Notes: generated by a model not told the origin, from the letters alone. Counted from the stretch's first letter, positions 31,005 through 40,664 are shown. The stretch: 64,000 nt of DNA from Burkholderiales bacterium (GCA_035652275.1 DASREB010000339.1:1142-65141), one strand, 5' to 3'. Translations and numbers: made by a program.

Positions 31005-32080
31005 GCCGGCACTTTGGATTGCGCCCGGACGGCTTCGGCGACGGCAGCGCCCACGTCGGAGGTACTCGCCTTGCCCTTCATGTCGGGGGTATGCGGCCCG
31101 TCGATGATGACCTGCTCGATGGCGCGGACGATGTCGGCAGCGGCGCCGCGATGGCCGAGATGCTCGAGCATCAGCGCGCCGGACCAGATGGTGGCAAGCG
31201 GGTTCGCGATCTTGCGGCCGGCAATATCCGGCGCCGAGCCGTGCACCGGCTCGAAGATGGAAGGTGCGGTGCGCTCCGGATTGATGTTGCCCGAAGCGGC
31301 GATGCCGATGGTTCCCGCGGTGGCAGGCCCGAGGTCGGAGATGATGTCGCCGAAGAGGTTCGACGCAACGATCACGTCGAAGCGATCCGGGTTCAGCACC
31401 ATCTGGATGGTGAGGCCGTCGATGTGGTACTGGTCGACGCGCACGTCCGGATAGTTCTTCGCCATCAGCGCGAAGCGCTCGTCCCAGTAGGGCATGGTGA
31501 TCGAGATGCCGTTCGACTTGGTCGCCGAGGTGAGATGCTTCTTGCGCGTGCGCGCGAGCTCGAACGCGTACTTCATGATGCGGTCGGTGCCTTTGCGCGA
31601 GAAGGTCGCGAGCTGCGTCACCACTTCACGCTCGGTGCCTTCGTACATGCGGCCGCCGACGTTGCCGTACTCGCCCTCGGTGTTCTCGCGGATGACGACG
31701 TAGTCGATCTCGCCCGGCTTGCGACCGGCGAGCGGGCAAGGCATTCCCTGGAACAAGCGCACCGGTCGAAGATTGACGTAGAGGTCGAACCAGCGCCGGA
31801 AGTTGATGAGCAGTCCCCACACCGCGATATGGTCGGGCACCACCGCGGGATTGCCCACCGCGCCGAAGTACACGGCGTCGAACAGGCGCAGCGTGTCCGG
31901 CGCATCGTCCGGGCACATCTTGCCGTGCGACTTGTACCAGTCGCAGCTCCACGGGAATTCCTTCCACGTGAACTTGATGCCGTGGCGTGCGCCGGCGGCT
32001 TCAAGAACGCGCACACCTTCCGGCATCACTTCGCGGCCGATGCCATCGCCCGGGATGACTGCGATGCGATGTTCTTTCAT
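31001..32080 (-). CDS. tartrate dehydrogenase/decarboxylase-like protein (TtuC-type, paralog A)
   Basis: Start at ATG 32080 (MKEHRIAVIPGDGIGREV). WSCDWYKSHGKMCPDD, VVIRENTEGEYG, ASNLFGDIISDLGPA, FEPVHGSAPDIAGR closely follow the TtuC pattern. 4-nt overlap with paralog B. Confidence 0.88.
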   Translation of the reverse strand: MKEHRIAVIPGDGIGREVMPEGVRVLEAAGARHGIKFTWKEFPWSCDWYKSHGKMCPDDAPDTLRLFDAVYFGAVGNPAVVPDHIAVWGLLINFRRWFDLYVNLRPVRLFQGMPCPLAGRKPGEIDYVVIRENTEGEYGNVGGRMYEGTEREVVTQLATFSRKGTDRIMKYAFELARTRKKHLTSATKSNGISITMPYWDERFALMAKNYPDVRVDQYHIDGLTIQMVLNPDRFDVIVASNLFGDIISDLGPATAGTIGIAASGNINPERTAPSIFEPVHGSAPDIAGRKIANPLATIWSGALMLEHLGHRGAAADIVRAIEQVIIDGPHTPDMKGKASTSDVGAAVAEAVRAQSKVPA

Positions 32081-32104
32081 GGCGGGCAGTATATAGAATC
32101 GGCC

Positions 32105-32764
32105 ATGGTATTCGCAGCGTTCGAGACCTCGAGTGAATGGTGTTCGGTCGCGCTTTGCCAGCATGGCGAGATCCGCTCGCTCGAGCAGCGCGCGGGGCAC
32201 CGGCATTCGGAGCTCGCGCTGCCGATGCTCGAGCGCCTGCTCGGCGACGCCGGGCTCACGCCCGCCGCGCTCGAGGCGATCGCGTTTGGCGCCGGGCCGG
32301 GCTCGTTCACAGGCCTGCGCATTGCGTGCGGCCTCGCGCAGGGTCTGGCGCTCGCGCTTGAGCTACGCGTGCTGGCAGTGTCGTCGCTCGAGGCGATCGC
32401 GCAGGAAGTCGGTGCGCCGCGCGTGGTGGCTTGCGTCGATGCGCGGATGCGCGAAGTGTATTATGCGGCGCTCGAAAAGGAGGGCCTGCGCTGGCGGCAA
32501 GTCCTCAGCCCACGCTGCATTGCGCCGGCGGCGGCGCCGGCGTTGCCGGGCCATGACTGGATCGGCGCCGGAAGTGGATTTGCGGTGTACGGAAATCTCG
32601 GACTGAGCAGGGTGCTGCCGGAAGTGCACCCCACGGCGCTCGCGGTGGCGCAGCTCGCCGCGCCGCGGCTCGCGGCGGGCGAGGGCGTCGATGCGGCGGC
32701 GGCGGTGCCCATGTATGTGCGCGACAAAGTGGCCTTCACGCGCGAGGAGCTCGCCGCGAGATGA
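32105..32764 (+). CDS. tsaB: tRNA threonylcarbamoyladenosine biosynthesis protein TsaB
   Basis: Only the last 219 codons of the 581-aa track ORF. AFETSSEWCSVAL...GPGSFTGLRIACGLAQGLA is the TsaB signature. Confidence 0.88.
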   Translation: MVFAAFETSSEWCSVALCQHGEIRSLEQRAGHRHSELALPMLERLLGDAGLTPAALEAIAFGAGPGSFTGLRIACGLAQGLALALELRVLAVSSLEAIAQEVGAPRVVACVDARMREVYYAALEKEGLRWRQVLSPRCIAPAAAPALPGHDWIGAGSGFAVYGNLGLSRVLPEVHPTALAVAQLAAPRLAAGEGVDAAAAVPMYVRDKVAFTREELAAR

Positions 32765-33222
32765 GCGCCGTTCTCAAGCCGACGCTGGTCCTCGCCCCGA
32801 TGCGCGAGCACGATCTCCCCGAGGTGATGGCGATCGAAAGCGCGCTCTATACGCATCCGTGGACGCGAGGCAACTTCGCCGATTCGCTGCGCGCGGGCTA
32901 CGAATGCCGCACTTTCCGGCTGAATGGCGAGCTGATCGGCTACTTCGTGGTGCTGGCAGCCGCGGGCGAGGCGCATCTGCTCAATCTCTCGATCGCCGAG
33001 CCGCATCAGCGCCGTGGCTATGGCACGGCTCTGCTCAATGAAGCGACGGCGCTCGCGCGCAAGCTCGGCGCCAAGAACGTGTTTCTCGAGGTGCGGCCGA
33101 GCAACCGGGGGGCGCAGGGACTTTATTACCGCTACGGCTTTCGCAAGATCGCCGTGCGGCGCGACTATTACCCCGCGCGCCACGGTCGCGAAGACGCGCT
33201 CGTGCTGTCGCTCGCATTGTGA
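32761..33222 (+). CDS. rimI: ribosomal-protein-alanine N-acetyltransferase (GNAT)
   Basis: 153 aa. HQRRGYGTALL acetyl-CoA motif. Conserved tsaB-rimI adjacency with ATGA overlap. Confidence 0.85.
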   Translation: MSAVLKPTLVLAPMREHDLPEVMAIESALYTHPWTRGNFADSLRAGYECRTFRLNGELIGYFVVLAAAGEAHLLNLSIAEPHQRRGYGTALLNEATALARKLGAKNVFLEVRPSNRGAQGLYYRYGFRKIAVRRDYYPARHGREDALVLSLAL

Positions 33223-33860
33223 GCCGGCGGGAAGAAATGCTCGCCGAGATGGGCCTTGCGCCCATCTGGCGGCTGCGCACGCGGCCGACGCGCGAGCAGC
33301 GCGTTGAACGCCACTGGATCGAGCTGAAGCAGGCGGTGCCGGCGTGCACCGCCTGCGCCTTGCACAAGACACGCACGCAGACGGTGCTCGGCGTCGGCGA
33401 TCAGAACGCCGATTGGATGCTGGTGGGCGAAGCGCCCGGCGCCGAAGAAGATCGGCTCGGCGAGCCGTTCGTCGGCCAGGCCGGCAAGCTCCTCGACAAC
33501 ATGCTCGCCGCGATCGGGCTCAAGCGCGGCGATAACGTCTATATCGCCAACGTTCTCAAGTGCCGGCCGCCGGGCAACCGCAATCCCGAGCCCGATGAAG
33601 TGACGAAGTGCACGCCGTTTCTCAAGCAGCAGATCGCGCTCATCCGTCCGAAGCTGATCGTGGCGATGGGGCGCTTCGCCGCGCAGACGTTGCTCGCGAC
33701 GGATGCGAGCATCTCGAGCCTGCGCGGGCGCATCTACCAGTACGAAGGCGTGCCGCTCATCGTGACCTATCACCCGGCGTATCTGCTGCGCAACCTGCCC
33801 GACAAGGCAAAGTCCTGGGCGGATCTGGTGTTCGCGAAAAAAACCATGGCGACGCTGTAG
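33219..33860 (+). CDS. uracil-DNA glycosylase, family 4
   Basis: 213 aa. CTACALHKTRTQTVLGVGD and MLVGEAPGAEEDRLGEPFVGQAG motifs of family-4 UDG. Confidence 0.88.
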   Translation: MSRREEMLAEMGLAPIWRLRTRPTREQRVERHWIELKQAVPACTACALHKTRTQTVLGVGDQNADWMLVGEAPGAEEDRLGEPFVGQAGKLLDNMLAAIGLKRGDNVYIANVLKCRPPGNRNPEPDEVTKCTPFLKQQIALIRPKLIVAMGRFAAQTLLATDASISSLRGRIYQYEGVPLIVTYHPAYLLRNLPDKAKSWADLVFAKKTMATL

Positions 33861-33870
33861 CGCTGGCGCG

Positions 33871-35178
33871 CTACTTGTGACGACTGAATTGCCTGCGCGG
33901 GTGCGGATCTTCGGCGCGTGCAAAGGCGAGCAGGCGGTTCACTTCACCGGCGTGCACGCGCCGGTTGCGCCAGAACCAGAGCTGCACGAGGCCCATGGTG
34001 CAGGCGACGAACAGGCCGAAGAGCAGGATCACGAGGTAGATCGAGTGGCCGACGTTGAGAAGCAGCGAGTAGAGCGCGATCATCACCAGGATCGAGGTGT
34101 TCTCGTTGAAGTTCTGCACGGCGATCGAACGGCCGGCGCCGACCAGGTGATGGCCGCGGTGCTGTAGCAGCGCGTTCATCGGCACGACGAAGAAACCCGC
34201 CATCGCGCCGATCAGGATCATCAGGCCGACGGCGAGCCAGATCTGGTTCACGAACATCATCGAGACGACGACGATGCCCATCACCAGGCCGAGCGGGATC
34301 ACGCGCACCGCCCGGTCGAGCGACACCCAGGCCGAGGCGAGCACGGCGCCGATGGCGATGCCCACGGCGGTCACGCCCTGCAGGATGGCCGCCTTCGCGA
34401 GATCGAAGTGCAGCGCCACGCGCGCCCATTCGATGACGATGAATTGCAGCGTCGCGCCGGCGCCCCAGAAGAGCGTCGTCACGGCGAGCGAGATCTGGCC
34501 GAGGCGATCCTTCCACAGCAAGGCGACGCAGCGGCCGAAGTCGGCGAGCGTCTCGAGCGGATCGGCCGGCAGGTGCTTCATGACCACGCCGGTGCGCGGC
34601 ACCTCGAGGTTGAAGAGCGCAGCGATGGCGTACACCACCACGATGATCGCGATGGCCGCTTCCGCCGGCGTGTCGATGCCGGTGTCGATGAACGGCAAGT
34701 CGAAGTGCAGCAGCACGCCGGAGACCTTGGCGTGCAGCAGCACGCCGCCGAGCATCGTGCCGAGGATGATCGAGGCCACCGTCAGGCCCTCGATCCAGCC
34801 GTTCGCGAGCACCAGCTGCCGGTGCGGCAGGTACTCGGTGAGGATGCCGTACTTCGCCGGCGAATAGGCCGCCGCGCCAAGGCCGACCACCGCGTACGCC
34901 GCGAGCGGATCGATGCCCCAGAGCATCAGCACGCAGCCGACGATCTTCACGCCGTTCGCGAGGAACATCACCTGGCCCTTTGGCAGCCGATCGGCGAAGG
35001 CGCCGGCGTAGGGCGCGAGCAGCACGTACGAGATGACGAAGAAGAACTTCAGGTACGGCGTGAGCCACGAGGGCGCGTCCGTTTGCATGAGCAGCGCGAT
35101 GGCGGCGACGAGGAGCGCGTTGTCGGCGAGCGACGAGAAGAACTGCGCCGCCATGATGATGTAGAAGCCGCGGTTCAC
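33871..35178 (-). CDS. lplT: lysophospholipid transporter LplT (MFS)
   Basis: GTG 35178 start gives VNRGFYIIMAAQFFSSLADNALL, the conserved LplT N-terminus (AAAGG 5 nt upstream). 12-TM MFS pattern. Confidence 0.85.
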   Translation of the reverse strand: MNRGFYIIMAAQFFSSLADNALLVAAIALLMQTDAPSWLTPYLKFFFVISYVLLAPYAGAFADRLPKGQVMFLANGVKIVGCVLMLWGIDPLAAYAVVGLGAAAYSPAKYGILTEYLPHRQLVLANGWIEGLTVASIILGTMLGGVLLHAKVSGVLLHFDLPFIDTGIDTPAEAAIAIIVVVYAIAALFNLEVPRTGVVMKHLPADPLETLADFGRCVALLWKDRLGQISLAVTTLFWGAGATLQFIVIEWARVALHFDLAKAAILQGVTAVGIAIGAVLASAWVSLDRAVRVIPLGLVMGIVVVSMMFVNQIWLAVGLMILIGAMAGFFVVPMNALLQHRGHHLVGAGRSIAVQNFNENTSILVMIALYSLLLNVGHSIYLVILLFGLFVACTMGLVQLWFWRNRRVHAGEVNRLLAFARAEDPHPRRQFSRHK

Positions 35179-35243
35179 GTGCCTTTCATAGCGAGGGCGA
35201 GCTGCATCCTTGGAGAGCGGGCGTTTATAGCACAATAGGAAAA

Positions 35244-36320
35244 ATGCCACGTCCGATCCGCGCCACCATCTCGGCAGGCGCGCTCGCGCACAATCTGCGC
35301 GTGGCGCGCGCACACGCCGGCCGCGCCCGCATCTGGGCGGTGATCAAGGCCAACGCCTACGGTCACGGCCTCGAGCGCGCGGCGCGCGCACTCGCGGCGG
35401 CCGACGGCTTCGCCGTGCTCGACTTCGCCGAAGCCGAGCGCCTGCGCCGCGCCGGCGTGACGCAGCCGATCCTGATGCTGGAAGGCGTGTTCCGCCAAAG
35501 CGACGTGCCGCTCCTCACCGAGCATCGGCTCACTCCGGTGATTCACCAGCCGGCACAAATCAAGCTGCTCGGTTCGCTGTCCGCGCCGATCGATGCCTAT
35601 TTCAAGGTGAATAGCGGCATGAATCGCCTCGGCTTCACGGCAGCCAATGTGCACTCGGGCTATCAGGCGCTGCGCGCGCATGCCCACGTCAACACCATTA
35701 CGTTGATGACCCATTTCGCCGACGCCGATGGTGCATCGGGCGTGAGCGCACAACTCGAGCGCTTCGCGAGCCTGACGAAATCTTTCGCCGGTCCGCGTTC
35801 GCTCGCCAACTCCGCGGCGCTTTTTCGCTTTCCGCAGACGCACGCCGATTGGGTGCGCCCGGGGATCATCCTGTATGGCTGCTCGCCGTTTGATCACATG
35901 AGCGCTGAGCACCGCGCGGCGGCGCTGGGTCTCAAGCCCGCGATGACGCTCACCTCCGAGATCATCGCCACGCAGGATCTCGCGCCGGGTGAGGGCGTCG
36001 GCTACGGCCTTGCCTATCGCGCCGAGCGCGCGATGCGCGTCGGCGTCGTGGCCTGCGGCTACGCCGATGGCTACCCGCGGCACGCGCCGGTGGGGACGCC
36101 GGTGCTGGTCAACGGCCGGCGCACCCGCATCGTTGGCCGGGTGTCGATGGACATGATCACGATCGATTTAAACGGCATGCCGGACGCCGGCATCGGTGCG
36201 CCGGTGACGCTCTGGGGCGAGGGCCTTTGCGCCGATGAGGTGGCCGCCGCTGCCGGGACGCTCAGCTACGAGCTCCTCTGCGCGCTCGCGCCGCGCGTGC
36301 CGGTGGCGGAGGTGGCCTAG
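35244..36320 (+). CDS. alr: alanine racemase
   Basis: 358 aa. PLP-lysine motif AVIKANAYGHG. C-terminal YELLCALAPRVP. Confidence 0.93.
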   Translation: MPRPIRATISAGALAHNLRVARAHAGRARIWAVIKANAYGHGLERAARALAAADGFAVLDFAEAERLRRAGVTQPILMLEGVFRQSDVPLLTEHRLTPVIHQPAQIKLLGSLSAPIDAYFKVNSGMNRLGFTAANVHSGYQALRAHAHVNTITLMTHFADADGASGVSAQLERFASLTKSFAGPRSLANSAALFRFPQTHADWVRPGIILYGCSPFDHMSAEHRAAALGLKPAMTLTSEIIATQDLAPGEGVGYGLAYRAERAMRVGVVACGYADGYPRHAPVGTPVLVNGRRTRIVGRVSMDMITIDLNGMPDAGIGAPVTLWGEGLCADEVAAAAGTLSYELLCALAPRVPVAEVA

Positions 36321-36321
36321 C

Positions 36322-37674
36322 GTGGCGAAGGCGAAAACCGCCTATGTCTGCGCCGAGTGCGGTGCCTCGGCGCTGCAATGGTTCGGCAGCTGCCCCTCCT
36401 GCGGTGCGGCCGGCACCCTGAGCGAAACGGCGGTGGAGAAGGGCACGACGCATCGCTACGCGGCGCAGGCGGCGAAGCCGCTGACCCTCGATGCGGTGCC
36501 CGCCGCCGAGGTCGAGCGCGCGAGCAGCGGCGTGGCCGAGCTTGACCGGGTGCTCGGCGGCGGCCTCGTCGGCGGACAGGTGGCGCTGCTCGGCGGCGAT
36601 CCGGGGATCGGCAAGTCCACTTTGCTGCTGCAGGCGCTGCACGCGTTGTCCGCCAACCTGCCGGCGCTCTATATCAGCGGCGAAGAATCCGCCGAGCAGG
36701 TGGCGCTGCGCGCGCGCCGGCTCGCGCTGCAATCGACAACCTTGCGGCTCCTCGCCGAGACGCAGCTCGAGCGCATCATCGCCGCGCTCGACACGGCACG
36801 CCCGCGCGTCGCGGTGGTGGACTCGATCCAGACGCTCTGGTCGGAGACGCTGCAATCGGCGCCCGGGTCCGTCGCCCAGGTGCGCGAATGCGCGGCGCAG
36901 CTCACGCGCCATGCGAAGCGCACCGGCACCACCCTCGTCTTCATCGGGCACGTGACCAAGGAAGGCGCGATCGCGGGTCCGCGCGTGCTCGAGCATATCG
37001 TCGACACGGTGCTCTATTTCGAGGGTGACCCGAACTCCGCTTTTCGCCTGGTACGCGCGGTGAAGAATCGCTACGGCGCGGTGAACGAGCTCGGCGTCTT
37101 CGCCATGACCGACAAAGGGCTGCGCGGTGTCACTAACCCTTCGGCGCTCTTTCTCTCCACGCACGAGAAGCCCGTCGCCGGCTCATGCGTGCTCGCGACC
37201 ATCGAAGGCACGCGTCCGCTGCTGGTGGAGATCCAGGCGCTGGTCGATGCGGCGCACGCGCCCAATCCGCGGCGGCTCTCAGTCGGCCTCGAGCAGAACC
37301 GGCTCGCCATGCTGCTCGCGGTGCTGCACCGGCACGCGGGCATCGCCACCTGGGAGCAGGACGTCTTCGTCAACGCGGTCGGCGGCGTACGCATCGCCGA
37401 GCCGGCGGCCGATCTGGCCGTGACGCTCGCCGTGGTTTCCTCGCTCACCGATCGCCCGATCGCCGAGAAGCTCGCGGTGTTCGGCGAGATCGGGCTCGCC
37501 GGCGAAGTGCGCCCGGCGCCGCGCGGCCAGGAGCGCCTGCGCGAGGCGGCGAAGCTCGGCTTCGCCAAGATGATCATCCCGCGCGCCAACCAGCCGAAAG
37601 CGAAGATTGCGGGTCTCGAAGTGCTCCCGGTCGAGCGCGTCGACCAGGCGGTCCAGCTACTGCGCAATCTGTGA
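36322..37674 (+). CDS. radA: DNA repair protein RadA/Sms
   Basis: GTG start 2 nt after the alr stop. Zinc finger YVCAECGASALQWFGSCPSCG, Walker A GGDPGIGKSTLLLQ, KNRYGAVNE motif, Lon-like C-terminus. Confidence 0.93.
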   Translation: MAKAKTAYVCAECGASALQWFGSCPSCGAAGTLSETAVEKGTTHRYAAQAAKPLTLDAVPAAEVERASSGVAELDRVLGGGLVGGQVALLGGDPGIGKSTLLLQALHALSANLPALYISGEESAEQVALRARRLALQSTTLRLLAETQLERIIAALDTARPRVAVVDSIQTLWSETLQSAPGSVAQVRECAAQLTRHAKRTGTTLVFIGHVTKEGAIAGPRVLEHIVDTVLYFEGDPNSAFRLVRAVKNRYGAVNELGVFAMTDKGLRGVTNPSALFLSTHEKPVAGSCVLATIEGTRPLLVEIQALVDAAHAPNPRRLSVGLEQNRLAMLLAVLHRHAGIATWEQDVFVNAVGGVRIAEPAADLAVTLAVVSSLTDRPIAEKLAVFGEIGLAGEVRPAPRGQERLREAAKLGFAKMIIPRANQPKAKIAGLEVLPVERVDQAVQLLRNL

Positions 37675-38904
37675 ATTCGCGGTCATAGCAACAATTATTT
37701 CGTCGGCCGCGCGCACGCCGCTGCGCACCGCCGCTTCGAGCGTCGGCGGATATTCCGGATCCGTGTAGTCGCCGGCGAACGTCACCTCCGGCCGCAATGG
37801 CAGGAGATTGCGCTGCTTGATTCCCGGCGAGCAGGTAATGCTCGCGCGCTTCTCCGCGATGACGCGCCACCAGAGCGGCTTGCCGAGCGCACCAAGCGCA
37901 GCCGCGACCTCGCGATGACAACGCTCGGCAATATCATCGAGGGTCATCTGCTGGTGATCGCCCTGCGCGCTGATGACGCATGCAAGGCGTCCGCTTTCGC
38001 CGAGCAGCGCGCCGCGGTCGAATACCCACTGCACCAGCCCGTCGCTCAGTCCGAGCATTGGAAATGGCAGGCGCACCGAATCGGCGTATTGCAGATAGCA
38101 GGTGTAGATCGGCTGGTACGAATACTCGGGCGCGTCGGGCACGAGGGTCTTCAGCTGGTGCGGGCCGACAGCGATGATCAGATGGTCGAACTCTTGCCGC
38201 AGCGCGCCGAGATCCTTGACCGGCGATTGCAGCCGCACCTCGCCGCGGTGCGCGCGCACGAACTGCACTGCGGGCTCGGGGAAAAGGCGTGAGAGATCCA
38301 CGCGCGGCAGCACGAGGTCGCTCGCCGCTGCCGTGGTGCCCAGCGTGTCGCGCAGCACAGCGAGAAACACGCTCGCGGAAGCGAGCTCGGGCGGCGTATT
38401 GAGCGCCGAGACGCAGAGCGGACGCCAGAGAAAGTGACCGATGTGCCCGGCCTGCCCATATTGTGCGAGCAGCTCGCTCACGCTCGTATCCGCGGCGAGC
38501 CGGAAGCGCGTGCGCCGCAGGCGCGCAATGAAACGCGCGGCGCGGAGGCGCTCGGCGAACGGGATGCCGCGCGCGGTGAGCAGGGCGCCGGCGAGGCCGA
38601 GCGCGCCGCGCCGAAAATGAAAGCTGCCGGCGTAGCGCACTTCGAGCGGGATGCGCAGCACGGCGCTTGCCGCCACGCCGACCGTGCGCATCAGCTGGTA
38701 GAGCGTGCGGTAGGCGCCGATCAGAATGTGCTGCCCGTTGTCGAGCACCTGACCCTGGGACTCGACGCGCCGCGCGCGGCCACCCGGCACGGCGGCGGAT
38801 TCAAATACCGTGACGCGCACGCCGCGCTCGGCGAGCGAGACGGCGGCAGCCATGCCGGCGTAGCCCGCGCCAACGATCGCTACGCCGCGATCCAGGTGCG
38901 CCAA
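37657..38904 (-). CDS. hpnE: hydroxysqualene dehydroxylase (squalene-associated FAD-dependent desaturase)
   Basis: 415 aa. FAD motif VAIVGAGYAGMAAAVSLAERG. Last gene of the hpnC-hpnD-hpnE order. TTG start inferred. 3' end overlaps the convergent radA by 18 nt. Confidence 0.85.
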   Translation of the reverse strand: MAHLDRGVAIVGAGYAGMAAAVSLAERGVRVTVFESAAVPGGRARRVESQGQVLDNGQHILIGAYRTLYQLMRTVGVAASAVLRIPLEVRYAGSFHFRRGALGLAGALLTARGIPFAERLRAARFIARLRRTRFRLAADTSVSELLAQYGQAGHIGHFLWRPLCVSALNTPPELASASVFLAVLRDTLGTTAAASDLVLPRVDLSRLFPEPAVQFVRAHRGEVRLQSPVKDLGALRQEFDHLIIAVGPHQLKTLVPDAPEYSYQPIYTCYLQYADSVRLPFPMLGLSDGLVQWVFDRGALLGESGRLACVISAQGDHQQMTLDDIAERCHREVAAALGALGKPLWWRVIAEKRASITCSPGIKQRNLLPLRPEVTFAGDYTDPEYPPTLEAAVRSGVRAADEIIVAMTANSQIAQ

Positions 38905-39713
38905 GCGAGCCAGAATTTGCGCAGCGGCGTAAGCGAGGTGCGCCGCGTGAGCACGCGGAAGCCATCACGCTGGATCTCGTCCAGCAGCGTGCGATAGATC
39001 GCCGCCATGATGAGTCCGGGACGCTGCGCGCGGCGATCCGCCGACGGCAGGGCGGACATCGCAGCGGCGTAGTAAGCGCGGGCGCGCTCCGCCTCGAATT
39101 GCATCAGCTCGCGGAAAGCGGGCGTCTCGCGCGCCTGCAGGATATCGGCGGCCGGCACGCCGAAGCGCTGCAGATCCTCTACCGGCAGGTAGACGCGGTT
39201 CTTGCGCGCGTCCTCGCCGACGTCGCGGATGATGTTGGTGAGCTGGAAGGCGATGCCGAGGTTCTTGGCATAGTCGAGCGTGCGGGCATCGCGATAGCCG
39301 AAGATGCCGGCGGCAAGCAGGCCGACGACGCCCGCGACCCGGTAGCAATAGGCGGCGAGCCCCGACCAGTCGAGGTAGCGCGTCTGCCGCAGATCCATCT
39401 CCATGCCATCGATGATCTCGTTCAGCCGCGCAGCGCTGAGACCATAGTTGTCGCGATGCGCTTCGAGCGCGCGCGTCACCGGGTGCTGCGGCCGGCCGGC
39501 GAAAAGATTCGCCACCTCCGCGCGCCACCAGGCGAGCTTGGCGGCCGCGACTTGCGGATCCAAACCCTCGTCGACCACGTCATCGACCTCGCGGCAGAAG
39601 GCGTAGAGCGCAGTGATGGCGCGGCGGCGCTCCCCGGGAAGGAAGAGGAACGAGTAGTAGAAGCTCGAGCCGCTGGAGGTCGCTTTCTGCTGGCAGTATT
39701 CGTCGGGCGTCAT
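38880..39713 (-). CDS. hpnD: presqualene diphosphate synthase
   Basis: Start at ATG 39713 (MTPDEYCQQKATSSGSSFYYSF), ATGA overlap with hpnC. Asp-rich motifs YAFCREVDDVVD and NIIRDVGEDA. Confidence 0.88.
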   Translation of the reverse strand: MTPDEYCQQKATSSGSSFYYSFLFLPGERRRAITALYAFCREVDDVVDEGLDPQVAAAKLAWWRAEVANLFAGRPQHPVTRALEAHRDNYGLSAARLNEIIDGMEMDLRQTRYLDWSGLAAYCYRVAGVVGLLAAGIFGYRDARTLDYAKNLGIAFQLTNIIRDVGEDARKNRVYLPVEDLQRFGVPAADILQARETPAFRELMQFEAERARAYYAAAMSALPSADRRAQRPGLIMAAIYRTLLDEIQRDGFRVLTRRTSLTPLRKFWLAWRTWIAA

Positions 39714-40546
39714 GCCGCGCGCAGCAGCACCAGCGGCCAGTCGAAGGCGCCGAGCACCGGCCGGCGGCGGAAGACATCGAACTCGACGCGCTCGATCTTC
39801 TCGAGGATGCGAAGTCCGCCCTGGATGGTGGCGCGGATCTCGAGGCCGATGCGGCCGGGCAACGAGCGCGCGAGCGGCTGGCCGCGCAGGATCAGCTCCC
39901 GAGAGCGCGCGACCTGGAACTCGAGCAGCGAGCGCCACGCGGCGTCGCAACGTGCCTCGGCGATGTGGCCTTCGCTCACGCCGTGGCGCGCCATTTCGTC
40001 CTGCGGCAGATAAATGCGCCCCTTGGCGAAATCGAGCTCGACGTCCTGCCAGAAGTTGATGAGCTGCAGCGCAGTGCATACCGCGTCGGAGGCGGCGAGA
40101 TCGGCATCGGCGGTGCGTTTGAATAAGTGCAGCAACAGCCGCCCGACCGGATTCGCCGAGCGGCGACAGTAATCCAGAAGCTGCGTGAAGCTTGCGTAGC
40201 GCTTCTGTGTCACGTCCTGCGCGAAGGCGTCGATCAGATCGCGAAATAGGCCGAGCGGCAGGCCATATTCGCGCACGATTCTCGCTACATCGCGAAAGAG
40301 CGGCGCGTCAGGAACCTCCCCGACCGCAATACGCCCGAGCTCGCTCCGGTAGACGCTTAATCTCGAGAGCCGTACATCGTCTGCTGCGGTGCCTTCGTCG
40401 GCGATGTCGTCGGCGCTGCGCGCGAAGCGATAGATGATTTCGATCGGCGGCCGCAGGCGCCGGGGCAGGAGAAGCGAAGCGACCGGAAAGTTCTCGTAAT
40501 GGCCGACCGGCATGGCACCGAAGGTATAATACGTTGTTTTTTTCAC
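39710..40546 (-). CDS. hpnC: hydroxysqualene synthase
   Basis: HYENFPVASLLLP N-terminal signature. Motifs FARSADDIADEG and LINFWQDVELD. Start is GTG 40546 or ATG 40513. Confidence 0.85.
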   Translation of the reverse strand: MKKTTYYTFGAMPVGHYENFPVASLLLPRRLRPPIEIIYRFARSADDIADEGTAADDVRLSRLSVYRSELGRIAVGEVPDAPLFRDVARIVREYGLPLGLFRDLIDAFAQDVTQKRYASFTQLLDYCRRSANPVGRLLLHLFKRTADADLAASDAVCTALQLINFWQDVELDFAKGRIYLPQDEMARHGVSEGHIAEARCDAAWRSLLEFQVARSRELILRGQPLARSLPGRIGLEIRATIQGGLRILEKIERVEFDVFRRRPVLGAFDWPLVLLRAA

Positions 40547-40564
40547 GCTTTTTTTGTTCCACCG

Positions 40565-40649
40565 GCGAGGGTGGCGGAACTGGTAGACGCACCAGCCTTA
40601 GGAGCTGGCGCCGCGAGGCGTGTGGGTTCGAGTCCCTCCCTTCGCACCA
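40565..40649 (+). tRNA. tRNA-Leu (anticodon TAG)
   Basis: 85 nt. Acceptor GCGAGGG/CCTTCGC, anticodon arm CCAGC-CTTAGGA-GCTGG, long variable arm, T-arm GTGGG-TTCGAGT-CCCTC, encoded CCA. Confidence 0.9.
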
Positions 40650-40664
40650 AGGATCAATAAGGGA

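Noticed and set aside
31019-32104. First 362 codons of the 581-aa plus-strand ORF that ends as tsaB
   Set aside because: This part is antisense to the TtuC-like dehydrogenase. Only the segment from ATG 32105 matches TsaB.
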